Shown: in pieces, positions 47,454-56,446 of the stretch
Numbering within the stretch: position 1 is the first letter of the stretch
Layout of the letters: every line of letters starts with the position of its first letter
Assembly (NCBI GenBank): GCA_049513715.1
Contig: JBEKVV010000002.1
Span: 320,001 to 384,000 of the forward strand
DNA from: Candidatus Bathyarchaeia archaeon
GTDB lineage: Archaea > Thermoproteota > Bathyarchaeia > 40CM-2-53-6
Reading direction: 5' to 3'
Length of the DNA: 64,000 bases
Position numbers and translations under genes: made by a program
Notes under the pieces: generated by a model
Told to the model about the DNA's origin: nothing
What the model saw: only the letters and a program-made list of their open reading frames with translations
The model's database searches: none

Positions 47454-48530
47454 TTGGCCTCGCTAGCAGTGCCCTTGCAGCCTTCGCCTGAGTCAAGCAA
47501 ACTCTTCTTCGTGCTCTCCGGCGAGCATGCATCGCTTCCCGCGGCTGAGGTCCAAGCTATTCTCGACTCCTCGGGGGCACCCTGCTCCGAAGTCCTGCAG
47601 AGCTACCGGCTGCTGACATTGCAGGCTTCCTCAGAAGTGCTTAAGCAAATCTCCGACAGGAGCTTGATGTATGATTGGTGCGGCGTTGAACTTGGAAGAT
47701 GCGAAGCTGACGAATCTGAGATTCGAAAACTGGTCAAAAGCCTTCCCCTGGAAGGCGTCGCCAAGAACGCCTCAAGCTATGCGGTTCGGTCAATGCGACT
47801 TGGAGGCGTGACCAAATCAATCCCACGCACAAAACTGGAGAGAGATATTGGGGGAATTGTGAAAGATGAAGTTCCGCGGTTGAGGGTGAAGCTTCGCGGC
47901 CCAGACCTCACCTTTGCATGTGTTCTGTTCGATGACTTATTCCTTTTTGGTGCCGAAGGATTTTGGAAAGCCTCAGGCCTGATTGCCCCGCGGAGGCCAA
48001 GGAAGCGGCCCGTGTTTCATCCTTCGACTATGCCGCCCAAGATCGCCCGTTGCATGGTCAACTTGGCCCGTGCAATTCCTGGAGAAACATTCGCAGACCC
48101 ATTTTCAGGTGTCGGCGGAATAGTGATCGAGGCGGCGGTGATAGGCTGCGAAACCGTAGCGGTTGACGCAAGTTACCGAATGCTACGCGGAGCCAAAAGG
48201 AACACGACGCACTTTGGCCTCGATGTGAAGGGGTTTGTCCACGCAGATGCAAGACACTTACCGCTTCATGGTTTGGATGCCGTGGCCACCGACCCCCCCT
48301 ACGGGCGGGGGTCATCAACCATGGGCGCCAAAGTTGCAGACTTGGTTGAAGATTTTCTCAACAACGCAAGGGATGCATTGAGAAGCAAGGCGCACGTATG
48401 CATTTCCTCACCCGTTGAGGTGGACATCGAATCCTATGCCCGCTCGGCTGGGCTCAAAGTGAAAGAGAAGCATCTAGCCAAAGTCCACCGCAGCTTGACG
48501 AGGCAGTTTGTCGTTCTCCAAAACCCATGA
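47454..48530 (+). CDS. trm11: tRNA (guanine-10-N2) methyltransferase (THUMP + MTase)
   Basis: LSGEH..LP.AE, RP.FHP..M.P..AR.MVNL, DPF.G.GG, TDPPYGR. Confidence 0.9.
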   Translation: MASLAVPLQPSPESSKLFFVLSGEHASLPAAEVQAILDSSGAPCSEVLQSYRLLTLQASSEVLKQISDRSLMYDWCGVELGRCEADESEIRKLVKSLPLEGVAKNASSYAVRSMRLGGVTKSIPRTKLERDIGGIVKDEVPRLRVKLRGPDLTFACVLFDDLFLFGAEGFWKASGLIAPRRPRKRPVFHPSTMPPKIARCMVNLARAIPGETFADPFSGVGGIVIEAAVIGCETVAVDASYRMLRGAKRNTTHFGLDVKGFVHADARHLPLHGLDAVATDPPYGRGSSTMGAKVADLVEDFLNNARDALRSKAHVCISSPVEVDIESYARSAGLKVKEKHLAKVHRSLTRQFVVLQNP

Positions 48531-48546
48531 CGGGAGGCTGACTTGA

Positions 48547-49455
48547 ATGCCGGTTTCTGTCATACTTCTCGGAACGGGAGGGAGCGTGCCGAGCAAGTTC
48601 CGGAACCTTCCCAGCGTTCTGGTAAAGAGAGGTCCGGAGCTCCTTCTGTTCGATTGTGGCGAAGGAACGCAACGGCAATTCATGCAAGCCAAAGCGGGTA
48701 CGAACCGGAAGATGCGCATTTTCGTCAGCCACATGCACGGAGACCACGTCTTCGGCCTCCCCGGCCTACTTCACTCGCTCTCCTTTATGGGGCGAAGACG
48801 CGAACTGGAGATAATTGGTCCAAAGGGAATCTCACAATTCATCAAATCAGTAAACAGGGCCGTGAGGCTATACGCAGAATTTCCTTTGCGGGTTAGAGAA
48901 GTAGGTTCAGGACGAGTAGTGAACGAGCCCGAATACGAGGTTAGGGTAGCGCCAGCGAAACATGGCATCGAATGTTTAGCGTACAGCTTTCAAGAGAAAC
49001 CAAAGCCAGGAAGGTTCAACCCAGCTAAGGCAAAACGTCTCGGTGTCCCTGAGGGGCCACTCTGGAAAAAACTCCAGAGCGGCAAAACCGTACGAATCGG
49101 ACATCGAAAGATCCAATCTCAATTAGTGGTCGGACCGCCTAGGCCTGGGGTGAAGGTCACCTATGCCGTAGACACGCGGCCCTGCGAGTCGGTGGTAAGG
49201 CTAGCTGCTCAGTCTGATTTGCTCATCCATGACAGTTCATTTGAGGAAGCGGCGTCCCAGAAGGCGCTGGAGTACGGACATTCGACTGCCCGCGAGGCTG
49301 CCACAGTAGCCAAACGAAGCAGGGCGCGCAAGCTTGTTCTTTTTCACATTAGCGCGATGTACGAAGACGCCACACCCTTGCTAACCCAAGCTAGGAAAAT
49401 CTTCCCCAACACAATTCTAGGCCAGGATATGGTTGTAGTTCAAGTTGAATCTTGA
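48547..49455 (+). CDS. rnz: Ribonuclease Z
   Basis: LGTGG..P, DCGEGTQ, SHMHGDH, GVP.GP exosite, DTRP, HST, HIS. Confidence 0.96.
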   Translation: MPVSVILLGTGGSVPSKFRNLPSVLVKRGPELLLFDCGEGTQRQFMQAKAGTNRKMRIFVSHMHGDHVFGLPGLLHSLSFMGRRRELEIIGPKGISQFIKSVNRAVRLYAEFPLRVREVGSGRVVNEPEYEVRVAPAKHGIECLAYSFQEKPKPGRFNPAKAKRLGVPEGPLWKKLQSGKTVRIGHRKIQSQLVVGPPRPGVKVTYAVDTRPCESVVRLAAQSDLLIHDSSFEEAASQKALEYGHSTAREAATVAKRSRARKLVLFHISAMYEDATPLLTQARKIFPNTILGQDMVVVQVES

Positions 49456-49874
49456 AATCTGATGTACCCCGGCTCGCCTAGCCTAGACGCCAAATAATCT
49501 ATGATCATTTGTGGGTTCGGGGCTTCTATCTCGATGGAAATCGGGCCCAACGGGGACTCGCCGACAGGTCCGCAGAAAGAAACCCGCCCAACGAAAGCTG
49601 CCTGTTTGTTCAAGTAGAACCGCATGGTTGGGCCTCTAGCTGCACCGAGGAGAATGGATCTAGCTGCGCTCCGAATCCTCTCTTGCCTAATTAGGTTCCG
49701 AAGGCTCGCCAAGAAGTCCAGTCCGCTTCCGAGGACCTTGAGGGTCGCTGTTCCATCGTTCTTTTGGTTTCTCTGGATCGGGGCTGAGGGGAAGATATTG
49801 AGTAGTGCGCGTTCGACCTTTGCGGGGTCCTCGGTGGGTTTGACGATCGATTGAGCGGTGACTTTCATGCTCAT
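49440..49874 (-). CDS. UPF0201/DUF54 RNA-binding protein
   Basis: PTED..KV..A..N.FP, IR..AR, LNKQAA.VG, PLGPI. Confidence 0.88.
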   Translation of the reverse strand: MSMKVTAQSIVKPTEDPAKVERALLNIFPSAPIQRNQKNDGTATLKVLGSGLDFLASLRNLIRQERIRSAARSILLGAARGPTMRFYLNKQAAFVGRVSFCGPVGESPLGPISIEIEAPNPQMIIDYLASRLGEPGYIRFQDST

Positions 49875-50425
49875 TTTGCGTTCAACTTGGCAAGCGCTTC
49901 TTTGAAGGCAGATTGGAGCTGAGTGATTGTGCCCTCGTTAACCAGCACGATGTCGGCTAGGGCGATTACATGCCCCAAACCAACGTCGAGCTCGCGTATG
50001 TCACGTTCGTAGAAAGTCTCCCAGTTCTTTGGGTCATCGCTTCTGTTTCGTGAGAGTAACCGTTGAAATCTAGTCTTTGGGGAGGCATGGAGTGCAACCG
50101 TTACAACCTCGTATGCCCTGTGCAACTCAACAAGTTCATGAAGGCTCCTCACGCCTTCCACCACAACATTGGCCGAGCGACAATTCTCGATTTTGGGTAG
50201 CAGCCTCTTCGCAACTACAGCCGGGCCTTCCTTCGCCCTAACCTCAAGCATTACAGCGCCCACGTTCTGTGGCGTGGGTTCGAGGCCCCTGCGCTCCGTT
50301 TCCTCCCGAATCACATCGCCCAGCACGAGAACATCAAAGCCGAGTAGTTTTGCAGCTTGGGCCGCGATTCCTTTGCCGGCTCCCGGCATACCTGAAAGTG
50401 CGATTACTCTTTTCTTCGAGTTCAT
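49871..50425 (-). CDS. UPF0200 P-loop nucleotide kinase-like protein
   Basis: GMPGAGK, GDVIRE, EGVRS, R.R.DD, RD.REL..G. Confidence 0.85.
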   Translation of the reverse strand: MNSKKRVIALSGMPGAGKGIAAQAAKLLGFDVLVLGDVIREETERRGLEPTPQNVGAVMLEVRAKEGPAVVAKRLLPKIENCRSANVVVEGVRSLHELVELHRAYEVVTVALHASPKTRFQRLLSRNRSDDPKNWETFYERDIRELDVGLGHVIALADIVLVNEGTITQLQSAFKEALAKLNAK

Positions 50426-50507
50426 GAGCCGGCTTGCGCCTCTGAGTTCCCTAAGTGGTTGATGGGTTGTGAACTGTTAAATTACCTCATTCAATATTAG
50501 CCTTCAG

Positions 50508-51092
50508 ATGGGTAATCATTTGTCGCAAGACCGCATTCGAAGCTTCGTCGCAGTCGACCTAGATGACAGAATTTTACGGGACAAAATCGTCACCGCCCAA
50601 AAGGGTTTAGAGCAAACCGGCGCACAGTTGAAACTCGTCAACCCAGAGATAATGCATTTGACCTTACGTTTTCTCGGAGAAATCCCCGCATCAACTGTGG
50701 AGCACATCAAGGAGGCAATGAGCAGTCTCCACTTTCCAAGCTTCGACGTGGATTTTCAAGGGCTGGGCGCATTTCCAAACATGAAGAGGATAAACGTCGT
50801 CTGGGTTGGCATGAAGCAAGGCCACGAACAACTGGAGGAGATCTTTCGGCAACTGGAGCCCAAACTGAGGCAACTTGGCTTACCAGGAGACGACAAAGGT
50901 TTCAGCCCGCACCTAACCATTGCCCGCGTTCGGTCAGGGTTGAATCTCGGCCCCCTTGCCGACTACGTATCGAGCATGGAAAAACAGGAATTTGGGATAA
51001 TGAAGGTGAATTCGGTCAGGCTCAAAAAGAGCACGTTAACACCGAAAGGGCCCATCTACGAAACCATCCACGAAGGTCCCTCATCATCCTAG
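50508..51092 (+). CDS. thpR: RNA 2',3'-cyclic phosphodiesterase (2H family)
   Basis: R.FVA, HLTLRFLG, GAFP, PHLTIAR, S.LT..GPIY. Confidence 0.93.
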   Translation: MGNHLSQDRIRSFVAVDLDDRILRDKIVTAQKGLEQTGAQLKLVNPEIMHLTLRFLGEIPASTVEHIKEAMSSLHFPSFDVDFQGLGAFPNMKRINVVWVGMKQGHEQLEEIFRQLEPKLRQLGLPGDDKGFSPHLTIARVRSGLNLGPLADYVSSMEKQEFGIMKVNSVRLKKSTLTPKGPIYETIHEGPSSS

Positions 51093-51116
51093 TGCCCTCT
51101 CTATGAGTGCCCCTCC

Positions 51117-52544
51117 TTGGACAAAGCCACACAAGTCTGCAACCAAGTCAAGAGAAAAATAGCTCCATCTCGCGACCTGAAGCGCCGCGTGGAGACCAAA
51201 GCCGAAGAGATCAGGCGCGCTGTAGAACGTGAATGTGTGAAAGCCGGTCTGCAAGCAGAAGTTCGACTAGACGGGTCAGTTGCGAAGGGCACGTGGATTA
51301 GCGATTACCGTGATGTGGATATCTTCATGCGAGTTTCGCCGGAACTGACAAAGAAGCAGCTTAGAGATGTCTGCTTACCGATCGCCAAGAGGGCCCTTAA
51401 ACCGAATGTTGTAGTTGAGAGGTTCGCAGAGCATCCTTACGTAGAATCAGTGGTTCCACTGGAAAGAGGCATTCTTCGCGTTAATGTCGTCCCATGCTAC
51501 GACGTCGTTCCTGGCAACTGGCTGAGTGCAACCGACAGAAGCCCCTTCCACACGCAATACGTCCGCGCACACCTAACCGAACAACAACGAGACGAAGTGC
51601 GGCTGCTCAAAGCCTTCATGAGAGGTATCGGCAGCTACGGGGCGGACATTAAGACCGGCGGCTTCAGCGGCATGCTCTGCGAAACGCTAGTGATTGCCAG
51701 AAAAGAATTCCTGAATGTTCTGGCAGATTTCACAGAATGGCGTGTTGACCGATACAGCGATGTCGAGAATTATTACCAAGATAGAAGCCGCGAGATTCGG
51801 AAGATCTTCAGAGAGCCCTTGGTAGTAATCGACCCTGTTGACAAAGGCCGCAATTTAGGTGCAGCTGTGCGACAGGAGCAGCTTTGGAATTTCGTTGCCG
51901 CTGCACGACATTTCATGTCGAAGCCCTCCACATCTTTCTTCAAAGAGCGGCGTGCTCGGGAGTTGAATGGCCCAGAATTCTTGCGGCTGTTGAAAATGAG
52001 GGGTTCCAGCATAATCTGCGTAGCAACTGGAGAGATCGACACGGTAGTGGACATTCTGTGGAGTCAGCTGTACAGAACCCAACGAGCGCTCACCAATCTT
52101 CTCCTGAATTACGACTTTGAAGTCATAAGGTCGGCTGCTTGGAGCGACGAAAGAAACCTGAATGTCCTGCTGTTTGAACTTGAAACCAACCAACTACCTG
52201 TCTCGAAGAAGCGTAAAGGGCCACCAGTAACTCGGCCAGCCGAAAGCTCATCATTCATCGCAAAACATCGCAGGAATGAGAGCACTGTGGCGGGGCCTTG
52301 GATTGAAGGTGAACGGTGGGCCGTACAAAAGAAGAGAGCTGCAATCTCCGCGAACACGCTACTGGTCTCGGCTGTGAGTGGGGGTGGAAGGCGGGTGGGC
52401 GTAGCCTCCCGCGTGTCACGAGCGTTCAAGAAGAAGGCGAATGTGGTCGAAGGGCCGGCCATTGGACGGCTCCTTTCGGGTAATCCAGAATTCGGAAGAT
52501 TCATGAGAACATACCTTTCAGGACGGCCCACTTGGCTTGACTAA
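51117..52544 (+). CDS. cca: CCA-adding enzyme (archaeal class I)
   Basis: GSVAKGTW...DVDIF, AEHPY, SATDRSPFH, GFSG.LCE, DPVD..RN. Confidence 0.95.
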   Translation: MDKATQVCNQVKRKIAPSRDLKRRVETKAEEIRRAVERECVKAGLQAEVRLDGSVAKGTWISDYRDVDIFMRVSPELTKKQLRDVCLPIAKRALKPNVVVERFAEHPYVESVVPLERGILRVNVVPCYDVVPGNWLSATDRSPFHTQYVRAHLTEQQRDEVRLLKAFMRGIGSYGADIKTGGFSGMLCETLVIARKEFLNVLADFTEWRVDRYSDVENYYQDRSREIRKIFREPLVVIDPVDKGRNLGAAVRQEQLWNFVAAARHFMSKPSTSFFKERRARELNGPEFLRLLKMRGSSIICVATGEIDTVVDILWSQLYRTQRALTNLLLNYDFEVIRSAAWSDERNLNVLLFELETNQLPVSKKRKGPPVTRPAESSSFIAKHRRNESTVAGPWIEGERWAVQKKRAAISANTLLVSAVSGGGRRVGVASRVSRAFKKKANVVEGPAIGRLLSGNPEFGRFMRTYLSGRPTWLD

Positions 52545-53310
52545 GGTTAAGGAAATTCCGTTGGGGCAGCTTCTCGGGACCGATTACTCTAGGTTTCTGA
52601 CGTACCCTTCACATGACGAGAGAGAAGCAAAGGCGAGAGTTCGGGAACTTGCTGCAATGGGTGTCACCAGCGTCAGCTTCGGAGGGCCCACCCTTATCGG
52701 TGGTGTTCCGATTCTAGGGAAAGGATGCGTTGGAATAGTGACCGGAGCTTCCATTGGTGAGGTTCCAATCGCCTTGAAGATTCGGCGGTTAGATGCGGAC
52801 CGGATAACGATGGTTGGTGAAAGTAGGCTGTTGCGCATCGCCAACAGTGTTGGAGTTGGACCCCGATTAATCACGGCAACAAGAAATTTCCTCGCCATGG
52901 AACTGTTCGATGGCCTTCCGCTGTTCAAGTGGTGCGAGGGGCAAGGCGGGAAGAGCAGCAAGATGGTGAAGAGAGCTTTAGCGTCTCTTCTTCTGGACTG
53001 TTTCAAATTGGACACGGTTGGTTTGGATCATGGAGAGTTGAGCCATGCACCGAAGAACGTGCTTGTTAGTGGACGGGGGGTGCCTTGCATTATTGACTTT
53101 GAAAGTGCAAGCACCGCTAGGCGAGTGGCAAACGTCACCGCAATAATCCAATATTTCCTGTTCGGACGAATATCCCAAGCCATTAGCGCGACCAAACTCT
53201 TTCCCAAGAGAAGAGCCGTTCTGAAAGTCTTGGGTGAGTATAAGCGTGAGGGCTCTGTTGAGAGGTTTGAAAGGATATTCAGCGCTCTTAACCTGCAATG
53301 GCCTCGATGA
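52537..53310 (+). CDS. Archaeal Ser/Thr protein kinase (RIO-like)
   Basis: LGKG..G.V, ALKIRR, DHGELS, KNV, IIDFESAS. Confidence 0.85.
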   Translation: MTKVKEIPLGQLLGTDYSRFLTYPSHDEREAKARVRELAAMGVTSVSFGGPTLIGGVPILGKGCVGIVTGASIGEVPIALKIRRLDADRITMVGESRLLRIANSVGVGPRLITATRNFLAMELFDGLPLFKWCEGQGGKSSKMVKRALASLLLDCFKLDTVGLDHGELSHAPKNVLVSGRGVPCIIDFESASTARRVANVTAIIQYFLFGRISQAISATKLFPKRRAVLKVLGEYKREGSVERFERIFSALNLQWPR

Positions 53311-53321
53311 AAAGTTATTAT
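53309..53321 (+). promoter_or_regulatory. BRE/TATA-like promoter of tRNA-Pro
   Basis: GAAAAG-TTATTAT about 30 nt upstream of the tRNA 5' end. Confidence 0.55.
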
Positions 53322-53348
53322 GAGCGCGTAATTCTCATTGCGGCTTGC

Positions 53349-53529
53349 GGGGCCGTCGTCTAGAAGAGATTCTCAAGAACTCTCTGGGCAACTTGGTCTG
53401 GGAACACGATTTCCGCCAACAGGATACCAGAGCGCAAAGTGCGCGCGGTCAACCTGGGGCGCTGGCGTCCCTGAGAAATCAAGGTCTTGGGGCCAGAGGT
53501 CGTGGGTTCAAATCCCACCGGCCCCACCA
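53349..53529 (+). tRNA. tRNA-Pro(GGG) with four introns: 53364-53391, 53400-53420, 53431-53452, 53468-53498
   Basis: Joined exons give 79 nt: GGGGCCG TC GTCT AGCTTGGTCTA GGAT A CCAGC CTGGGGC GCTGG CGGTC GTGGG TTCAAAT CCCAC CGGCCCC ACCA. Each junction pair forms a BHB-like motif. Confidence 0.9.
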
Positions 53530-53670
53530 ACCGTGACTTCTCTTCGCTCCACGGGCATGTGCCATCGAGGTCTTTCTCACACAAATCTTCCCTTCACAGG
53601 TGTCAGTTCAGACAAAAGACAGGATTTGATAGTCGGCGAAAGAAAAAACTGCTAGTGAAGGAATCAGTGA
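53504..53670 (+). repeat. Direct repeat copy 1 (tRNA-Pro 3' end plus flank)
   Basis: Matches 55277-55443 at a constant offset of 1773; the core 53536-53664 is identical. Confidence 0.95.
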
Positions 53671-53756
53671 AGACGGTGTGATCACATCAAAGTTAAGTCT
53701 TCCTAGGGTAAGTTTGACATGCATATGAGCCCTCCAACGGCGATGTACCAGCACCG

Positions 53757-53948
53757 TTAGTGTGGCGTTATTCGAATACTCTCACAATTCAAGTTGTGGA
53801 ACACTTGAAGGCAGTTCTTACAGAACATAACTTCGCATGCTTCACATGTGCCCCAGTTACGGACGGGCCTATCGACCAAATCTTTGCCACATTCTCCGCA
53901 GTTACTTTGTGGGCCTGGTTTGTCCGTCATGAGGTGTTCACACGCCAC
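53757..53948 (-). CDS. Small Cys/His-rich zinc-binding protein
   Basis: CGEC...CEAC...FCKNC...H..NC. Confidence 0.55.
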   Translation of the reverse strand: MACEHLMTDKPGPQSNCGECGKDLVDRPVRNWGTCEACEVMFCKNCLQVFHNLNCESIRITPH

Positions 53949-54222
53949 CGTTACGGACCGAGCTACTTAACGCATTGCCATGTCCATGACATGGAAGCGA
54001 TCTGTAATATCTACGAACTTGCATTCTTCGAATGGACTTGGGGACGAAAAGACGACTCAGATCCGGGCAACGCTGAACTGAACTCCCCAACTTTTGCCGG
54101 TGTTCCATGACCGACTCTGTATGATGAACACTCAGCCCGGCCTGGGTCGAAAGCAGTTGCCTAAATTAAGGCAGGTTAAAATTGAGAGTCGAGCTGTCAC
54201 CTTGTAGGATAGGCAGTGTGGA

Positions 54223-54525
54223 TTGGGAAAGAGAAAGGTCCTTTCAGAGGGAGACATTAATCAACTCGTTCTTCCAGGAACGGGCCAGCTGCTTGGGATT
54301 GTAACCCAAATGTTCGGGTACGATCGGATAATGGTGAAGTGTTCAGACGGAGCCGACCGACTCTGTCGCATACGAGGCAAGATGAAGAGGCGGACCTGGA
54401 TCAAGAACGGCGATGTAGTCTTGGTTGCCCCCTGGGATTTCCAAACCAGCCGCGCGGACGTGCTCTGGCGTTACACACAGAACCAAGCGCAGGTACTTCA
54501 CAGCAAGGGCATCCTCAAGATGTAA
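54223..54525 (+). CDS. eif1a: Translation initiation factor aIF-1A
   Basis: V.CSDG..RLCRIRGKMKRR.WI..GD.VLV.PWDFQ...ADV.WRY. Confidence 0.95.
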   Translation: MGKRKVLSEGDINQLVLPGTGQLLGIVTQMFGYDRIMVKCSDGADRLCRIRGKMKRRTWIKNGDVVLVAPWDFQTSRADVLWRYTQNQAQVLHSKGILKM

Positions 54526-54699
54526 CACCATAGGCCCAATGGTGCTACACACAAAAGCCAGATGCTTCAAACAGTTCCCCAAGTGTGCTCGCAGTTGCAA
54601 TAGCTTCTGATGCCTCCCCTTGCGTGAGTGGATTCTATGCTTTCTGGCTCTTCGAAAATTATCAAGTAGAAGAACTGACAAGAGGCACGTGGAATCGAA

Positions 54700-55113
54700 A
54701 TGCCGATCTCGCTCTTTAAGGGTCATTCTAAAACTAACGGGTTTGGAGCATTCACTCCGCAACCAATCAAGAAAGGCGAAGTAATTTCAGTTTGGGACGG
54801 GCCTTATGCGGAGAAACTACCCGAGAGCGACCTTGCCAAATACTACCTTTACGTTAGACCTAACAAATGGCTCATAGGATTCGGCGGCGAATATCCGGAA
54901 AGTTTCATTAATCATTCGTGCGACCCAAACACGAAAGTTACTTGGGACGGTGACATAGCAACACTCTCCGCAGTTCGGAGTATCGAGCCGAATGAGGAAA
55001 TAACTTTTGATTATGAAACAGTAATCCCGTCGGACGACAGTTTCACTTTCATTTGCGGCTGCGGAGCTGGTAATTGCAGAAAAGTGATTCGTATTCCCAC
55101 TTGTAGTCTATGA
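54700..55113 (+). CDS. SET-domain lysine methyltransferase with post-SET cysteines
   Basis: GFGAF...I.KGE.I, FINHSCDPN, EEITFDY, CGCGAGNCR. Confidence 0.92.
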   Translation: MPISLFKGHSKTNGFGAFTPQPIKKGEVISVWDGPYAEKLPESDLAKYYLYVRPNKWLIGFGGEYPESFINHSCDPNTKVTWDGDIATLSAVRSIEPNEEITFDYETVIPSDDSFTFICGCGAGNCRKVIRIPTCSL

Positions 55114-55236
55114 CTCCAATTGGGATGAATGGGAGTTTTTCGATGCGGGTGTAGTGGGGTTTCTCGAAGGGGGTTTTCATGTAGTGGTAGAATCTTGCTA
55201 GGTCTTGGGTCAACTTGTCTTTATTCGAATAGGAGG
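55113..55236 (-). pseudogene. Remnant of an archaeal tyrosine integrase
   Basis: K.KL...L..FY......FEKPHY.RIEKLPFIP, resembling the linker that precedes the catalytic domain of tRNA-targeting archaeal integrases. Confidence 0.55.
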
Positions 55237-55276
55237 AAATATCTCTGGGCAAGGGACCAATAGTTCCACAAGTTGA

Positions 55277-55443
55277 GGGTTCAAATCCCACCTGCCCAAC
55301 CAATCGTCACTTCTCTTCGCTCCACGGGCATGTGCCATCGAGGTCTTTCTCACACAAATCTTCCCTTCACAGGTGTCAGTTCAGACAAAAGACAGGATTT
55401 GATAGTCGGCGAAAGAAAAAACTGCTAGTGAAGGAATGAGTGA
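55277..55443 (+). repeat. Direct repeat copy 2 (degenerate tRNA 3' fragment, att-like)
   Basis: GGGTTCAAATCCCACCtGCCCaACCA followed by an identical flank. Confidence 0.95.
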
Positions 55444-55681
55444 CGATCAACGGTCTGAATGAGCATAGAAGTCGAAGAGCTCTTTCAATGTGAATCGTCT
55501 CCTCCGCTTAGGCACAGCCCCAGGTATTGGGTCACCTTTTATAGTAGTCTTACCTGATACGCGGCCAGTATATTGGAGATCTTACCTGCGTGGATGATGG
55601 GAGAGCCGTCAAGCTCGTACCGATTATCGCGGCGAGTATTATCTTTCGTATAACTAGAAAATTGGGACGGTGGAAAACGAA

Positions 55682-55834
55682 ATGGGATATGAGAATAGAC
55701 GCTCTGGTGCCCCGAGGCAAATGACGAAAGTCAAATGCTCCGACTGCGGCGCAGATACAGAAGTACCGTTTGTGCCGACGACGGGCAGACCAGTCTACTG
55801 TAGAGACTGCTTCCAGAAGCACCGAAGATACTAG
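55682..55834 (+). CDS. CxxC-x17-CxxC domain protein (50 aa)
   Basis: MGYENRRSGAPRQMTKVKCSDCGADTEVPFVPTTGRPVYCRDCFQKHRRY; absent from the ORF track. Confidence 0.9.
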   Translation: MGYENRRSGAPRQMTKVKCSDCGADTEVPFVPTTGRPVYCRDCFQKHRRY

Positions 55835-56446
55835 GCAAACAGCCTAGAACCGATGTTAACCGGAATTTCTTCTTTTTATTTATTACTTTTATTTGCCTTC
55901 AAACGTGCGTCCTGTGGGGTTCGCCGGTCTAGATTTTCCACGACCAGGTCTGCCAAGTGTGTGTACGATAAGCGGAGATGTAGCGAAGCGTATCATAGAT
56001 GAACAGCGGCACTGAGCAAGCGATGTGTCAATTGGCAGAAGAAGTAGGTGAAGAGGAAGAAAACGAGGAAGCCTAGCAGCGCGGACCGCCACTTTCGTGG
56101 CGGTCGGAAGTGTTAAACCTGCAATAGCGACATTGAATCTACACGTGATCTCTGTGCCGAAAGCGAAGAAGAAAACAAAGAAGAAACGAAAGTAAACAAG
56201 CGTTTCCTTTGCGGCGACGAGGGCTGAAGTAGGTACATGAGCGCCCCCGCGAAGCTCTTCCACCGAAACCTTGCTGCCATAGGAACTGCTTTTCGCCATA
56301 CCTATTTTTTTAGGCGATGAGTGCCGCATTCGCGGGTGCGGTGCCCTCAGAATGGGGCATAGTTCTTTTCTTTCGCAGAAGTCACAAGAAAGACTAATCT
56401 CCTCATCGCAATGGCGTTCATTCTTACTCGCAGAGAGGTAGAATGA

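Noticed and set aside
53338..53681. ORFs 53338-53655, 53345-53536, 53360-53584 and 53487-53681
   Set aside because: These are shadows of the intron-containing tRNA and the repeat.
55272..55302. Second tRNA gene or split-tRNA half
   Set aside because: Only a mutated T-arm/acceptor fragment is present, with no 5' half, no BHB-forming leader and mismatches in the acceptor strand. It is treated as a repeat copy.
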